The translations under genes and the position numbers were made by a program. The notes under the pieces are model-generated. The model had not been told where the DNA came from and made no database searches. It worked only from the letters and a program-made list of their open reading frames with translations. From the human T2T-CHM13v2.0 reference genome, Homo sapiens: DNA of 64,000 bases. Of this stretch, positions 34,301 through 48,989 are shown piece after piece (position 1 is the stretch's first letter; every line of letters begins with the position of its first letter). The stretch lies in NCBI RefSeq assembly GCF_009914755.1, contig NC_060937.1, one strand, 5' to 3'.

Positions 34301-34657
34301 CATCATTCTCAGTAAACTATCGCAAGAACAAAAAACCAAACACCGCATATTCTCACTCATAGGTGGGAATTGAACAATGAGATCACATGGACACAGGAAG
34401 GGGAATATCACACTCTGGGGACTGTGGTGGGGTCGGGGGAGGGGGGAGGGATAGCATTGGGAGATATACCTAATGCTAGATGACACGTTAGTGGGTGCAG
34501 CGCACCAGCATGGCACATGTATACATATGTAACTAACCTGCACAATGTGCACATGTACCCTAAAACTTAAAGTATAATAATAATAATAATTAAAAAAGAA
34601 AAAAATAAATAAAATAAAATAAAACATTGCTAGGAAGCAAAAAAAAAAAAAAAAAAA
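34301..34657 (+). mobile_element. L1HS pre-Ta-type (ACG/A) 3' fragment with short 3' transduction
   Basis: gatgacACGttagtggg at 34485-34487; cttaAagtataat; perfect 16-bp TSD aaaatgaattaaaaac at 34285-34300 and 34654-34669. Confidence 0.93.
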
Positions 34658-35859
34658 TGAATTAAAAACTTAAATGTATAATCTGAAACTGTAAAACTCC
34701 TCTAAGAGAACATTGGAGAAAATTTCTTGAAATTGGTCTTGGCAGGAATTTCATGGCTATGACATCAAAAGCACAGGTCACCAGACCAAAAATAAACAAT
34801 TTAAACTACATCAAATTGAAAAAACTTTTGCACAGCAAAGGAAACAATCAAAAGAATAAAAAGGCAATCTATGGAAAGGGAGATAATATTTGCAAACCTA
34901 TATATCTGATAAGGGATTAATAGTCAAAATATGTAAAGTACTTCAACTGAATAGCAGACAACAATAAAACCGAGAAATATTAAAAAAAAATTTAATTGGC
35001 AAAATAAAAAGTATTAAATAAAAGAGTAAATGACTTGAAGAGACATTTCTGCAAGCATACAAATAGCCAATAGGTCTATGAGAACATTCATCTTCAGAGA
35101 AATGAACAATAAAACCATAATTTGATGTCATTATTCCTATGATCCTAACAAAACATCTATTAACTATAAAAAAATAAATGTTGGCAAATATGGAAAAATT
35201 TGAGCTCTTGTACACTGTTCAGGGGAATGTAAAATGGTTCAGTCACTATGGAAAAGAGTAGGGAGATCTCTCAAAAAATTAAAAGTTGAAGTGTCATGTG
35301 ATCCAGTAATTACTCTCCTGAGTATACAAATAAAGAAAACCAAATTAATATTTCTAAGAAATATTTGCACTTCCATCTTCATTGCAGCAATATTTAGCCA
35401 ACATGTGGAAAGAAACTAAATATTCATTAATGAGTGATTAGATAAAGAAAATGTGATATATCTATCCATATATATGGCTGAATAATATGACATACATAAT
35501 TATAAAAGATGAAAATCTACAATGTGATACAATAGAATTAATCCTAAAGACATTACACTAAGTGAATAAGCCAGTCACAGAAGGACAAATACTGCTCTAC
35601 TTATATGACATAACTAAAACAGTGAAACTCATAGGAGCAGAAAGTACAATGTTGGGTGCCAGAGGCTAAGGATAAGGGTTCCCCCTAAGGAGTTGCTATT
35701 TCATAAGTATAAAGTTTTTGTCATTCAAAACAAGTTCTAAATATCTGTCATATGACACCACGCCCATAGTTATCAATATTGTATTGTACACTTGATTATT
35801 TGTTAAAGGGTATACCTCTGGTTAAGTGTTCTTAACAGCATGCATGCTAGAATATACCA

Positions 35860-36395
35860 GAATATGTAATGCTAACAGAGAGAGAACAGAATTACAAAAC
35901 AGATGTTTTTGCCATCAACAAAATGGCAAAGTCCTTCGCTATCATTAATCACTTTAAGTGGATTACACTCCCCATTCGAAAGACAAAAAGAGACTAAATG
36001 AATTTTTTGAAAGATCCATCTATGTTTTGTACAAGACACTCACTTTAGATTTAAGGACACACATAGGCTGATAGTGATAATCTAAGCAGTGGTAATCAAA
36101 ATACAGCAGGGGAAGCTAAACCTATGTTACACAAAGTAGAATTTAAGTCAAAAACTGTCTGTCCCAAGGGACAAGGAAGAATGTTATATATTGATAAAAG
36201 AGTTAATTCACCAGAATGATATAACAATCATAAAAAGTTTGTCATGAAAGATGAAAAAGTTCCAGAGATCTGTTGTCCAACATTGTTCTTACTGTTAACT
36301 ATACCATATGTACAATTAAAAATTTGTTAAGAGGGTAACAGAGTGTTGTTGAAAACACATTTCATGTTATGTGTTTCTTACCACCATAAGAAAGA
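35860..36395 (+). mobile_element. Second old L1M piece: ORF2 endonuclease start fused to L1MB-like 3' end
   Basis: cactcactttagatttaaggacacacataggctga (EN region) joined near 36235 to aagatgaaaaagttccagagatctgttg..aaaatttgttaagagggta. Confidence 0.7.
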
Positions 36396-38544
36396 GAATA
36401 TCTAAGTAAAAATAACTAAAACTATGAAAAAATTAAAACTTACATATCCAAATGTTTAAAATACAATAGTTTGTTTATTCCATTACAGATTGTGACAATT
36501 ACCCAGATTCTTAATACTTTTTTTTTTTTCGGTCCTGCAGTTCTCAGCATACTTACTTGGAATTTAGCTGTGTGTTCCCTTAAGACTGCATGATGACTTT
36601 CACACGTTTAGGCATTACATTGAGAGTTGGCACCTGACAATAGGTCTTTTTATTTTCCTAGAAGGTCTTTATCAAATTTCTCATGCCTATTTGCCAGTGT
36701 AGGACCATATGTCATAAGCTTTTGTCCCAGCTGCTAGGATGACTTGGAAAGTATCTGCCAACTTCAGACTCTATAGTGGTAGATGTCTACAAATCAATAG
36801 GATACAATAAAATAGTTAAAATAAAATAATTAATATCAAAAAGAATAGGAAAGAGAGAAGGGATAAGGGTAATATTGATTGAATAGAATTGGCAACCAAT
36901 TCTATACACTTCTTGCTCTGGACCATCGTCCACAAAGCATACTTGAATATTTATGATTTACTAATTATACCATAGGCTATGTTTCCAAATTTACATATAC
37001 CAAAAATGTAAAAATAAAATGTGGTTTATGTTTTTCTTACTAAAACTTCTGATCTCTAAAGCTGTTGCTGCATAAAGTACAAGGAAAATAAAACAAAATA
37101 TAAGATCCTGTCAACTCTGTTAAGTTTAGCCTGAAAAATAAACCCTCTTTTTGGGTAATTTTTACTAGCTCACCTCAGGTACTGTCTCAGTATTTTAGAT
37201 CTCTATCCATGCCTCATTATTTCTAAGTATTCCTCAGTGTGTATTTTAGAAATAATTGCAAAGGTGGCTTTAGCATGAAGAAAACATGTGGGACCCTCAT
37301 CTGCATAAACCCCTTGCAACAATTTACAATTTTAAATTCTTTTCCTCAAAGATTTCTTCCAAGACTCTATATGCATTAGAGCCCACGAAACCTGGATGCT
37401 TCACAGAGTACGTATTACACAATCTCATTACAGCAGAAATCAGGTAGGGTCCTTGACTCATCTAATAGCCTCTGAAAACACAATGGTCTTCACATAGGCA
37501 TGGCTTGCCTACAACTTACACTGGTCATTTCCGAGATTACTATTCTCATCTGGCTTTGTAGGACAGGAAAAGGGATGTTATAATTACATTGTGATCATTT
37601 ATTTTCAGTCTCAAAGTAGCTGCACACGATGGGCTAATTGCTTTTAACTCAGTCATCCTATCAGTTTCCTAATTATCCCAAACATTCCCTCTGCATCATG
37701 TAAGTTCATATGTCACGAGTGGGCCTTCGGAAAACAAGAATGTTGGTTTAGACTCACCTCCCAATCCAAACTACACTGCAATACAATAGTCCACACCATT
37801 GTAGAAGTGAATGTGTTCAGAATACATGTAGAGGCTTTCAGCCTTCCCTGGCATATGACCTTGGATGTTTGCATGGGGAAGTCTTCAAAGGGATCTCCTT
37901 ACAGAATCCAAAGAAGAGGTGTCAAAGTCCTTCTGCATTAAATATTCCCTACCACTCTTCCCTCTCCCAACCTGTGGCCTGAATGAGTGAGTTAGGAACA
38001 CTGATTATAACCCTTAATTTTGTCACTTTTATTGGTCCACAATACTTTGAGCTGCAGGCTTCATATCTCATTAAACAAAGACTTTCCAACTTTTTCAAAC
38101 TTGTATCCATAAACGGTAAACCAGAAAAGTGTGTGTGCATGTCAAACTGAAAACAAACAAAATATTATAAGCAATCTTTTACTTTGTACATAGCACTCTG
38201 CTTTTATAACCTAGTCAATTTCACTTTTTTAAAATGTTAGTCGTGACCAGAAAACTGATTTTAAGATCTACCAATGAGTGTCTACCTACCGTTTAAAAAT
38301 TACTGTCCTCTCACACCCTCCTACTACCTACCATACGGCAGTAAAGTTCATAGTCTGGCTATAATTAGAAGAAACTCTACAATATAATAGACCACTAGAC
38401 CTAAATCTTGATGTGTTATGTGAGAATTAAGAAAATCGTAAAAAAATCATTTAAAAAAAATTCTATCTGGCTTTCACAGAGATTATCTGGCTAAAAGAAG
38501 AAGAAAAAGAGCACTGAGGCCTTGCTTGAGACTCAAAATAACTT

Positions 38545-38710
38545 TATCCTTAGTAAAAATTTCAGGCTTTTTGCGGCATACATCTCTGTTTCAATTACTC
38601 AATTCTATTTTCATAGCATGAAAGTGGCCATAGACAATATGGAAACTAATGAATGTGGCTGTGTTCTAATAAAATTTTATTTAATATAACAGGAGTTTGC
38701 CAACCCTTGT
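38545..38710. mobile_element. MER58A-like hAT-Charlie element
   Basis: gcatgaaagtggccatagacaatatg..gtggctgtgttctaataaaattttattt..gtttgccaaccct. Confidence 0.8.
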
Positions 38711-39129
38711 TCTAAATAAAAATATTGTATTTGTTTATTTCATGATACTTAACATATTTTGTAATTATTCATTTATTTGTAGATTTATCCATTTTTCACT
38801 TTCTCTTCCTCCTTGACTCTAAGCTTCATGAAAGTAGAAGTGTCTTTTTTTTTAAATTTTATCTTTGCATTGCAGTTCCTTGCACACAGTAGAGACTCAA
38901 TAAATACTTCCTGTATCTGTTGTTAACTACTCAGAAGATCATCAGAATAACATTCTGATTAAGCAATGGTAAATTTATTTGATTTATATGAGAAAAAAGA
39001 ACAGCACATAAATAGAGCCTTAGCAGTGCTTCAGATAGACATAATGGGAGATTGTTTATAGGGTTGTGTGGCCTGGACTGTGTATGTTTTTCATTTTTTT
39101 GGTTTGTTTTTGTTTTTGTTTTTGTTTTT

Positions 39130-39640
39130 GTTTTTTTTATTTTGAAACAAAATAAGTTCACAGGAATTTGTAAAAATAAGACAGAAAGGTTACATGCACC
39201 TTTCATCCATCTGTCCTAATGGTACCATCTAGATAACTGTAGTGCAATATTAAAACCAGAAATTGACATTGGTGCTATCTACAGACATTATTCAGATTCC
39301 ACTAGTTCTTATAAAAACTCGTGTGTGTGTGTGTATAATTCTATGCACTTTTATCACATGTATAGATTCATGTGAATTCAAGCACAGTCAAGATACAGAA
39401 GTGTTCCATCACCACAAGGATCCCTCGTGCTATACCTTTATAGGCACACCCATTCCTCCTGCCAACTAATGTCTGACTAATTTGCTTTCAATCTTTATAA
39501 TTTTGTCATATTGAGAATATTGTATAAATGGAATAATACATTATATAATATTTTCAGATGGACTTTGTTCACTAGTGTAATGCCCTTGAGAACCATCCAA
39601 GTTGTGTGTACCAACAGTTCATTCCTTTTTTTATACTTAA
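39130..39640 (-). mobile_element. Old L1M (MC/MD/ME-like) 3' end
   Basis: aagttcacaggaatttgtaaaaataag..aaaaccagaaattgacattgg..tataaatggaataataca. Confidence 0.75.
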
Positions 39641-40299
39641 ATTATATTATTTCACTGATGGACATCTTAAGGCTATTTTTCACCTGTCAGTTTTGGTTCT
39701 GAAATCCTTAGGTAAATCATTTGTATTAAGTTATGAGATTTTCTAACATTTTATTTAAACCACCTTTATTGGAGAAAAATGTTGATACCTTAACTGTTTG
39801 TAAGAAGTATTAGTTATTTCCTTATGTAAATAATGTGACAATTATATGTTTTGTGTATTTAATACAACTATTTTCCAGCCCTCATTTGCTTACAAAATGC
39901 TGAGTCAGATATCGTATCCTCAGTGCCCAGAGAAGAGCTGGCATATAATGTGGTGTTCAGTAAATATTTTTGACCAAATTAATAAGTAGGAAACCAGAAA
40001 AAAACTAAATAATTAAAATTATAAATAAATCCTGGTTTCCAAAGATAAAAATTGTTCTAAAATAATCTTTAAATAAATTTATCACCTAGAATACTATAAT
40101 TGGTAGTTACCACGAATTAAAATATTAACAGTGACTTTGCAGCTTTCTGTTTCATCACTTTGTATCTCAGTTTTCTCACTTACAAAAAGCAGAATCTTAG
40201 CCAACTTCCACTGTGTTTTTCAGCTTAAAACATTTATGATATTACAATTAAAAAACACTTAAGAACTCTAGACATATTTTAATTTGTGTTCACTCAAAT

Positions 40300-40830
40300 A
40301 ATTTTGCTATTCTGGGATCATTCTAGATTTAGAGACAAGTTGCAAAGGTAGTACAGAGAGTTCCTACACTTGTTGTCATGACTATTAGACTTTTGCAGTT
40401 GTGAATAGCTCCCTTCTTTGTACTGATGAGTGGAATCCTACTATATGTATGTGCCACAGTTTGTTTAATTATTCACCTGTTGAAGAATGAGACTGTTCCC
40501 AGATTTTGATATTAAAAATAAAGTTGCTACGAATATCAGTGTACAGGTATTTATATGAACAGAAGTCTCTGAGATAAATGCCATGAGTGCCATTTCTGGG
40601 TAGTATGGTTAGTTTTATAAGAAACTTTCAAAATATTTTCAGCAATGGCTATATCATTCCATCAGCAATTTTTAAAAGATTTGAAGTTTCTCCACATCCT
40701 TATCAGCATTTAGTATTATAACTATTTTATATTTTAAGTGTCCTAATGAATGTGCTTTGAAATCTCATTGTGGTTTTTATGTTCATGTACCTGAAGGCTA
40801 ACGATGTTGAACATCTTTTCATGGGTCTTA
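40300..40830 (-). mobile_element. Old L1M 3' fragment
   Basis: acaagttgcaaaggtagtacagagagttcc..tctcattgtggttttt..gatgttgaacatcttttcatg. Confidence 0.75.
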
Positions 40831-40931
40831 TAAGGTGGAGAAGTGGTTGAAATTGGGCAGGTTATGACAGAGTTTATAGCTTTGGTTTGGTGGCTCCAAC
40901 AAAGCCTAAATATTGAAGCAGAGTATTGATA

Positions 40932-41156
40932 AGAAAACTGTGGAACGTATACACCATGGAATTACTAGGCAGCCATAAAAAAGGATGAGTTCCTGTCCTT
41001 TGCAGGAACGTGGATGAACTTGGAAGGCATCATTCTCAGCAAACTGACACAGGAACCGAAAACCAAACACCGTATGTTCTCACTCCTAAGTGGGAGTTGA
41101 ACTGTGAGAATACATGGACACAGAGAGGGGAACATCGCACACCGGGCCCTGATGGG
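40932..41156 (+). mobile_element. Older L1PA ORF2-end/3'UTR fragment, truncated at both ends
   Basis: tatacaccatggaa..cagccataaaaaaggatgagttc..atgttctcactcctaagtgggagttgaac. Confidence 0.88.
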
Positions 41157-42725
<1,569 letters not shown>

Positions 42726-43038
42726 GACAACTGTTTAGTTTGCTCATCATCTTGAATTTCAGTAATATATTTATTGGTATGTGTAGCTAAGTTATTTTTG
42801 TCTGATCCCATTACTGTTTGGGAAAAAGACAGGAAAATATAATTTTTCTTTTAAACGTGTTTGATACTGGGTCAGAAAAGTAAATTTAGTAAAGCAATAA
42901 GAGAATATTTTGAAATCGTTTATCAACTGATGAGTATTTAATGGCATTAATTATTTTGAGGTTTTACTTGTTTTTTCTTATAATAACAGTATATTTGAAT
43001 GTGATAATCAAAAATTACTTTAAATTCATCCAATTTGT

Positions 43039-43337
43039 GTCCAGGCCCTGTGGCTCACGCTTGTAATCCCAGCACTTTGGGAGGCCGAGGCGGGCGGATC
43101 ACGAGGTCAGGAGATCCAGACCATCCTGGCTAACACAGTGAAACCCCGTCTCTACTAAAAATACAAAAAATTAGCTGGGAGTGGTGGCGGGCGCTTGTAG
43201 CCCCAGCTACTCAGAGAGGCTGAGGCAGGAAAATGGCGTGAACCCGGGCGGGAGAGCTTGCAGTGAGCCGAGATGGCGCTACTGCACTCCATCCTGGGCG
43301 ACAGAGCGAGACTCCCTTCCCCGCCCCCCCAAAAAAA
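43039..43337 (+). mobile_element. AluY with C-rich 3' end and short A tail
   Basis: gatcacgaggtcaggagatc, aatggcgtgaacccggg, gagcttgcag; TSD aaattcatc(c/g)aatttgt at 43022-43038 and 43335-43351. Confidence 0.95.
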
Positions 43338-43610
43338 TTCATCGAATTTGTAAATTAGAATAGTAAACAATAAAGATACATTCTATGCACAGCCCCTTAG
43401 AGATAAATAACACATTATAAAAGTCTTAATATTTTATTGGCAGAAATTAGAACAATTTTACTTTCATCTCTTATTTAGCAGGTTACAGAACTGAACTTAT
43501 CACAAAATTAACACATAAGTAAATACACGGCTGCTATATATTGAGAATTCTTGCTTTGGAGTCCTGGCTTTGCCACTTACCAGATGTCTTTCCATAGGTA
43601 ACCATTCAAA

Positions 43611-43990
43611 TTTTTTTAAATATACTTTAAGTTCTAGATTTTCTTCCTGAGACTTTGCTGAAGTGGTTTATCAGCTTAAGAAGCTCTTGAGCCAAGACTG
43701 TGGGATTTTCTAGATACAGAATTATGTCATCTGCAAACAGGAATAGTTTAACTTCCTCTCTTCTTATTTGGATGCCCTTTATTTCTTTTTCTTGCCGGAA
43801 TGCTCTGGCCAGGACTTCCAATACTACTTTGAATAGGAGTGGTGAGAGTGGGCATCTTTGTCTTGTGTCAGTTTCCAAGGGGAATGCTGCCAGCTTTTCC
43901 CCATTCAGGAGGATGTTGGCTGTGGGTTTGTCTAGATGGCTCTTATTATCTTGAGGTATGTTTCTTCAATACCTAGCTTATTGAGAATTT
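43611..43990 (-). mobile_element. Older L1PA RT fragment fused directly to the L1 3' terminus
   Basis: ORF 43627..43878 ([13 protein letters not shown]) runs straight into ctagaacttaaagtat. Confidence 0.9.
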
Positions 43991-44218
43991 TATTTTTTTT
44001 ATTTATTTTTTTTTTAGCAAGACAAGAGAAAAATGTTTAATTCAGTGATTAAAACAAAGTAAAATAATTTTCAAAGATTTAAGAAAATGATAAAACACAG
44101 ACTGCTGCTGGGAATGTAAATTGCTATATCCTTACTGGGGAACAATTTAGTGACATGATCCTATATCCTTTGATCCATTAATTCCATTAACAGCGTAACC
44201 TAAAGAAGCAAAATGTGA

Positions 44219-44570
<352 letters not shown>

Positions 44571-44653
44571 TGAAAGCTCTTTGAGGGTAGGGGCTTTGTC
44601 TGCCCTACTGACCACTATATTCCTAGAACAGTTCCTGACAACAACAAAAAGAG

Positions 44654-44926
44654 GTGTGGCGATTCCTCGAAAACCTAAAAACAGAAATACCTTGTGACCC
44701 AGCAGTCCCAGTACTGGGTATACACCCCGAAGGAATATAAATGGTTCTGTCATAGACACATGCATCTGTATGTTCGGTTCTGTCATAGACACATGCATCT
44801 GTATGTTCATTGCAGCACTATTCACAATAGCAAAGACATGCAGTCAACCTAATTGCCCCTCACTGGTAGACTGGAAAAAGAAAATGTGATACATATACAC
44901 CATAGAACACTTTGCAGCCATAAAAA
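44654..44926 (+). mobile_element. Older L1PA ORF2 C-terminal fragment
   Basis: gtgtggcgattcctc..aaaaacagaaatacc..cagcactattcacaatagcaaagacatg..gcagccataaaaa. Confidence 0.9.
44743..44808. repeat. Perfect 33-bp tandem duplication
   Basis: ggttctgtcatagacacatgcatctgtatgttc x2. Confidence 0.97.
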
Positions 44927-46088
44927 TCCCTATTTTTCTTCATTAAGCTTTGCAAAGAGGTTTCTTTTACACTGACATTTATTTACCCTTTACTTTAAAA
45001 AAATGTGAATTAAAACTATTTCTTCAAGGGTAACTTTTGTGAACAGGTTAAATAGAGAGAAAGCAATTTCTTTTTTCTAACAATGCATTGTGTATATCAT
45101 AATTCCAGTTTTAAAGCTGAGACCAAGATTCTTGAAAATTATTTTACTGTAAATATAATTTTTGGATAGGTTAACACTAGCTAGAGTAGTACTCTGGTAG
45201 TAATACTGCCCCAGAGTAATACTATTAATACTAGCTCTATTAATTTTGTAAAATTTCACTAAGTTCAAACATATTTCTATTTTTTGACTTGACTTAGTTT
45301 GTTTTTGTATATACTCATCATAATGGTATTTTATCTAATCAGTGGTACTGAGGTTTATTTTATGTTTGTAGAACTTTTGTTAAAAGTGCAAAAGCAAACT
45401 GCAAAATGAGGTTTATAGCCAAGAAGAAAATCTTCTTGTCATATACTATTGTAATTTCAAGTTTTTAAGCAGGTACTTGAATAAAAATGATTTACAAAGG
45501 ACAATAGACAAATTTAAGAGCTTATTTTTATTTGATTCATCTTCATTGAAAATTTCCTTTCTTATACTATAGAAAGGGGAATAGATGCCATTTAGCCTTC
45601 CTCTTCCATACATTTTCTTCAGTAAATGGCAGCAGGACTCTGTCCCTCCTGGGGCAATTATTAAAATAAATTAATTTTCTTTTGCTTTAGATGCTTTGCC
45701 TTTGAGATGAGCAAGGATGAACGCAAACCCAAGTAATTTTCTAATTATCTATGTTAATTTTATTGTTGCTGATTTAATACATTTGCAGTTGCTGATACAT
45801 TATTTTAAAATTACATCCTAAGCAGCATAAGTCGGATCCTTTTTCCTCACAGATATTGTGGCATGGAAAAAGGCTAAGAAAATATTTGTTATATATTATT
45901 ATTTATTGCACAGAATCAAAAAGCAATATTACAACAAGTCACAGAAATAATTCCATATAGAACCAAAACAATAGATCTTATATAACCTCTGTCCCCTTAA
46001 GGGACATTTACTATAATGAAATTCTACCTGAATTTGAATGAAAGATGCCATAAGGCATACTAAAGGTGAGAATGGCTGCAGATCTCCA

Positions 46089-46089
<1 letters not shown>

Positions 46090-46133
<44 letters not shown>
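46090..46133. repeat. (CA)n microsatellite
   Basis: About 22 perfect CA units. Confidence 0.97.
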
Positions 46134-46135
<2 letters not shown>

Positions 46136-48057
46136 GCTTCCAATTCCTACCAGAAACTCAATCAGTTATTTAATTTTAAGATATTGGGGTACATCATAAA
46201 GAAATTAGTTTAGCGCTGTACTGTCATTTTGCCAGAGGGGAATGGCCTTTCTCATTTCATATACATGGAAAACATTTCTGTCTCCTCTTTACCAACTCAA
46301 GTGCTACCAAATTTTTAGAAATGTCAGACAAACCTCACTTTTTTGTGTAAAAAATGTATTTGAATAAACCATTCTAAAGGAATTTATCTCTTTTCTGAAT
46401 TTGGTAGCAGTTAAAGCATGAAACACACAATTTGGTGCTTGGAATTCTTTTAAAATCCCATTGATTTTTCAATGGTTTTATGTAAGTTAATTTTGTCTGA
46501 CCATAAAGAAAGTAGTTTTTTAAAAAAGGATTATTTCTTTTAGTACTTTTAAATCAACCAGAGATAGAGATACACAAGTATGTGTTCCACTCGTTGATTT
46601 TTTTGAGGGAATTGGGTAACATTTAGCACACCAAAGGAAATAATTTCTAAAATTTGATTTTAGAGATTTGAGAAATATTGCCTGCTCTAAAACTTGAGAG
46701 ACTTGTACTCTTATCACGAAGCATTAGAGCAATAGGAAGTTTAAAAGTTTGCGTCTTTCTTCCTCCCTTTCTTTCTCTCTCCTTCATCACTTCCTTCTGT
46801 CCTTCCTTTCTTCCTCCTTTATTTCCTTGCATTCTTTCTTAATATTTTTCTTTAAGACTTTACTCTTTTGCAATATTTTACTTCAGTGATGAAATATGTA
46901 ACAAGGGAATCTTCAAAACTAATTATATGGTTATAAAAAGAATTTTGATAAGCAGTGACTAAAATATGAAATTGATCTTCAGGCAGTTTTTCATTTTATC
47001 GTCAACATAACTTCACTGTTTTCTGTGGGGGGGGAATTGAGAAATGTAATTTTATGAGTTCATTCAGAAATATGACATACTGTTTTTCAAAATGCTTGCT
47101 TTGTGTCAGTAAGTTAATATTACTGAATAACCTGACAGCAGGTCAAAACAGCAGGCTAGATGAACAATCAGGGTGATTACATCTTTCTACATATTCTTTG
47201 GAAAAAAGAAAGGACTTTAGTCAGTCTGTATATTTCTGGCATTCTAACTTTGGAAAAGGATATCAATTTCAGAGTAATGTGCAGATGATAACTTTCACAC
47301 AACAGAATTGAAGTGAAATTAAACCATTGAAATCATTTTATTTAAAATGTAAAGGCATTAAACCAATCTCTGTGGGACATATGTAAATATAGTTAGGTAA
47401 GATTCTCTATCACACATTATTGATAAAAAGTGCATAAATGCAAAATTTCTTAACTTTAAGCTTTAACATGTGTTGGATCTTAATTTTTATTGACTTATTT
47501 ATCCAATTGACTTACTATTTTACAAATAATTGCACTGTGTTAATTTTTAAGAAGGTATGCTTAATATATTGAGAAATATGATTTCTGCATATTAATATTG
47601 ATCAGTTATATACCAAAGATCAGTGTATTTATTTAATGGGATAGAGTTGCATGGTATTACATTTGAAAAAACTTTGAATTTATTTTCTGTAACTCATTTG
47701 ATTGAAAGGAAGTTTAGTATAGTTTAATGAGATATTGTCCTAGCAAATTAGGACACCGCTTTTTATTCATCTGACCACAAAATAAACATATTTAGTTGTT
47801 TATTTTCTGGCTGCTATGCTTGATACACTTGTTGGCATATGCTACAGGAGTAATGCAAATGGAAGTGATTATCACTGATGTGGAATAAATGAATATGTCA
47901 ATTCTACAATCAGAATATTGATTATATGTTATCTTAGTGCTTCATAGTTTATGAAGTTTTACACATGATCTTTTTGACCTTACTAAGGAAAACTGGGGGC
48001 AGGGGTGGGGAAGTTAATAGAGGGGAAACATGAAGAAACAGTGAATGAAATTACTTA

Positions 48058-48939
48058 GTTATGGAAAATAGAATAATGTGCTCCCAAGGATATGCATGCT
48101 TTAATTCATGGAACTTGTAAATATGTTAGGCTACATGGCAAAGGGGAATTAAGCTTGAACCTAAAATTAATATTGCAGATCAGCTGGATTTTAAAAAGAG
48201 AGATTTTCCTGAACTTTCTAGTTGGGTCAGTGTAAGCACCAGGGTCCTTAAATGTGGAAGAAGGGGACAGAGGAGAGGTTCAGCATAATGTGATGTTAGA
48301 AGAGCCAACCAGCTATTGCTGGCTTTTTAAAGATGGAGGGAAGGGACCATAATCCAAGGAAAGCAGAGAGCCTCTGGAAACTGGAAAAGGCAAGAAAACA
48401 GATTTCCATCTAGAGCCTTCAGAAAGGAATGTACCCAAGCTGATACCTTGACTTTAAGCCTTGTTTTTTGTCCATTTGTGCTTCAATAACAAAGTACCAT
48501 AAACTGGTTGGCTTGTACACAATAGAAATTTATTCCTATAGTTCTAGAGATTGGGAAGTACACGATCAAGGTACTAGCAGATTTGGTCTCTGGTGAGGGC
48601 CTGTTTCCTGATTCATAGGTAACTTCTCATTGCATTTCACATGGTAAGTGGGACTAACAACTCTTGGGACCTATTTTATAAGGGCACTAAGCCCATTTGT
48701 GAGAGTTTGGTCTTTACAATCTAATTATCACCCCTAAGGCCCCACCTCCTCCTACCACCACATTGGTGACTGGGTTTTCAACATATGAATTGGGGAAAGA
48801 CACAAACTTCAGAACATAGCCATTCCAGAGAGATATATGTTGATCTTGTGACCTGCAGAATGGTGAGCTAATAAGTTTGTATTGTTTTAGCCCCTAACTT
48901 AGTGGTAATTTTTTGCAGCAGCAATGAGAAACTAATGTA
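48058..48939 (+). mobile_element. MLT1 (D-like) LTR split by a nested LTR
   Basis: tacatggcaaaggggaattaag..ctggaaaaggcaagaaaacagatt..; resumes after 48821 and ends gcagcaatgagaaactaatgta. Confidence 0.85.
48462..48821 (-). mobile_element. MLT1A-like LTR nested in the MLT1D-like LTR
   Basis: ataacaaagtaccataaactgg..gatcaaggtactagcagatttggtctctggtgagggcct..caacatatgaattgggg. Confidence 0.85.
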
Positions 48940-48989
48940 CCAGTGTTCCACTTTTATTGGCTAAAAAATCACGATTATTCTTCTAAATT

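Noticed and set aside
34416-34450. G-quadruplex motif
   Set aside because: Standard G-rich tract of the young L1 3'UTR; not locus-specific.
37753-38150. Minus-strand donor (GAG|gtgagt) and acceptor pair
   Set aside because: The implied ~390-nt exon has no recognisable coding frame across it; such motifs occur by chance.
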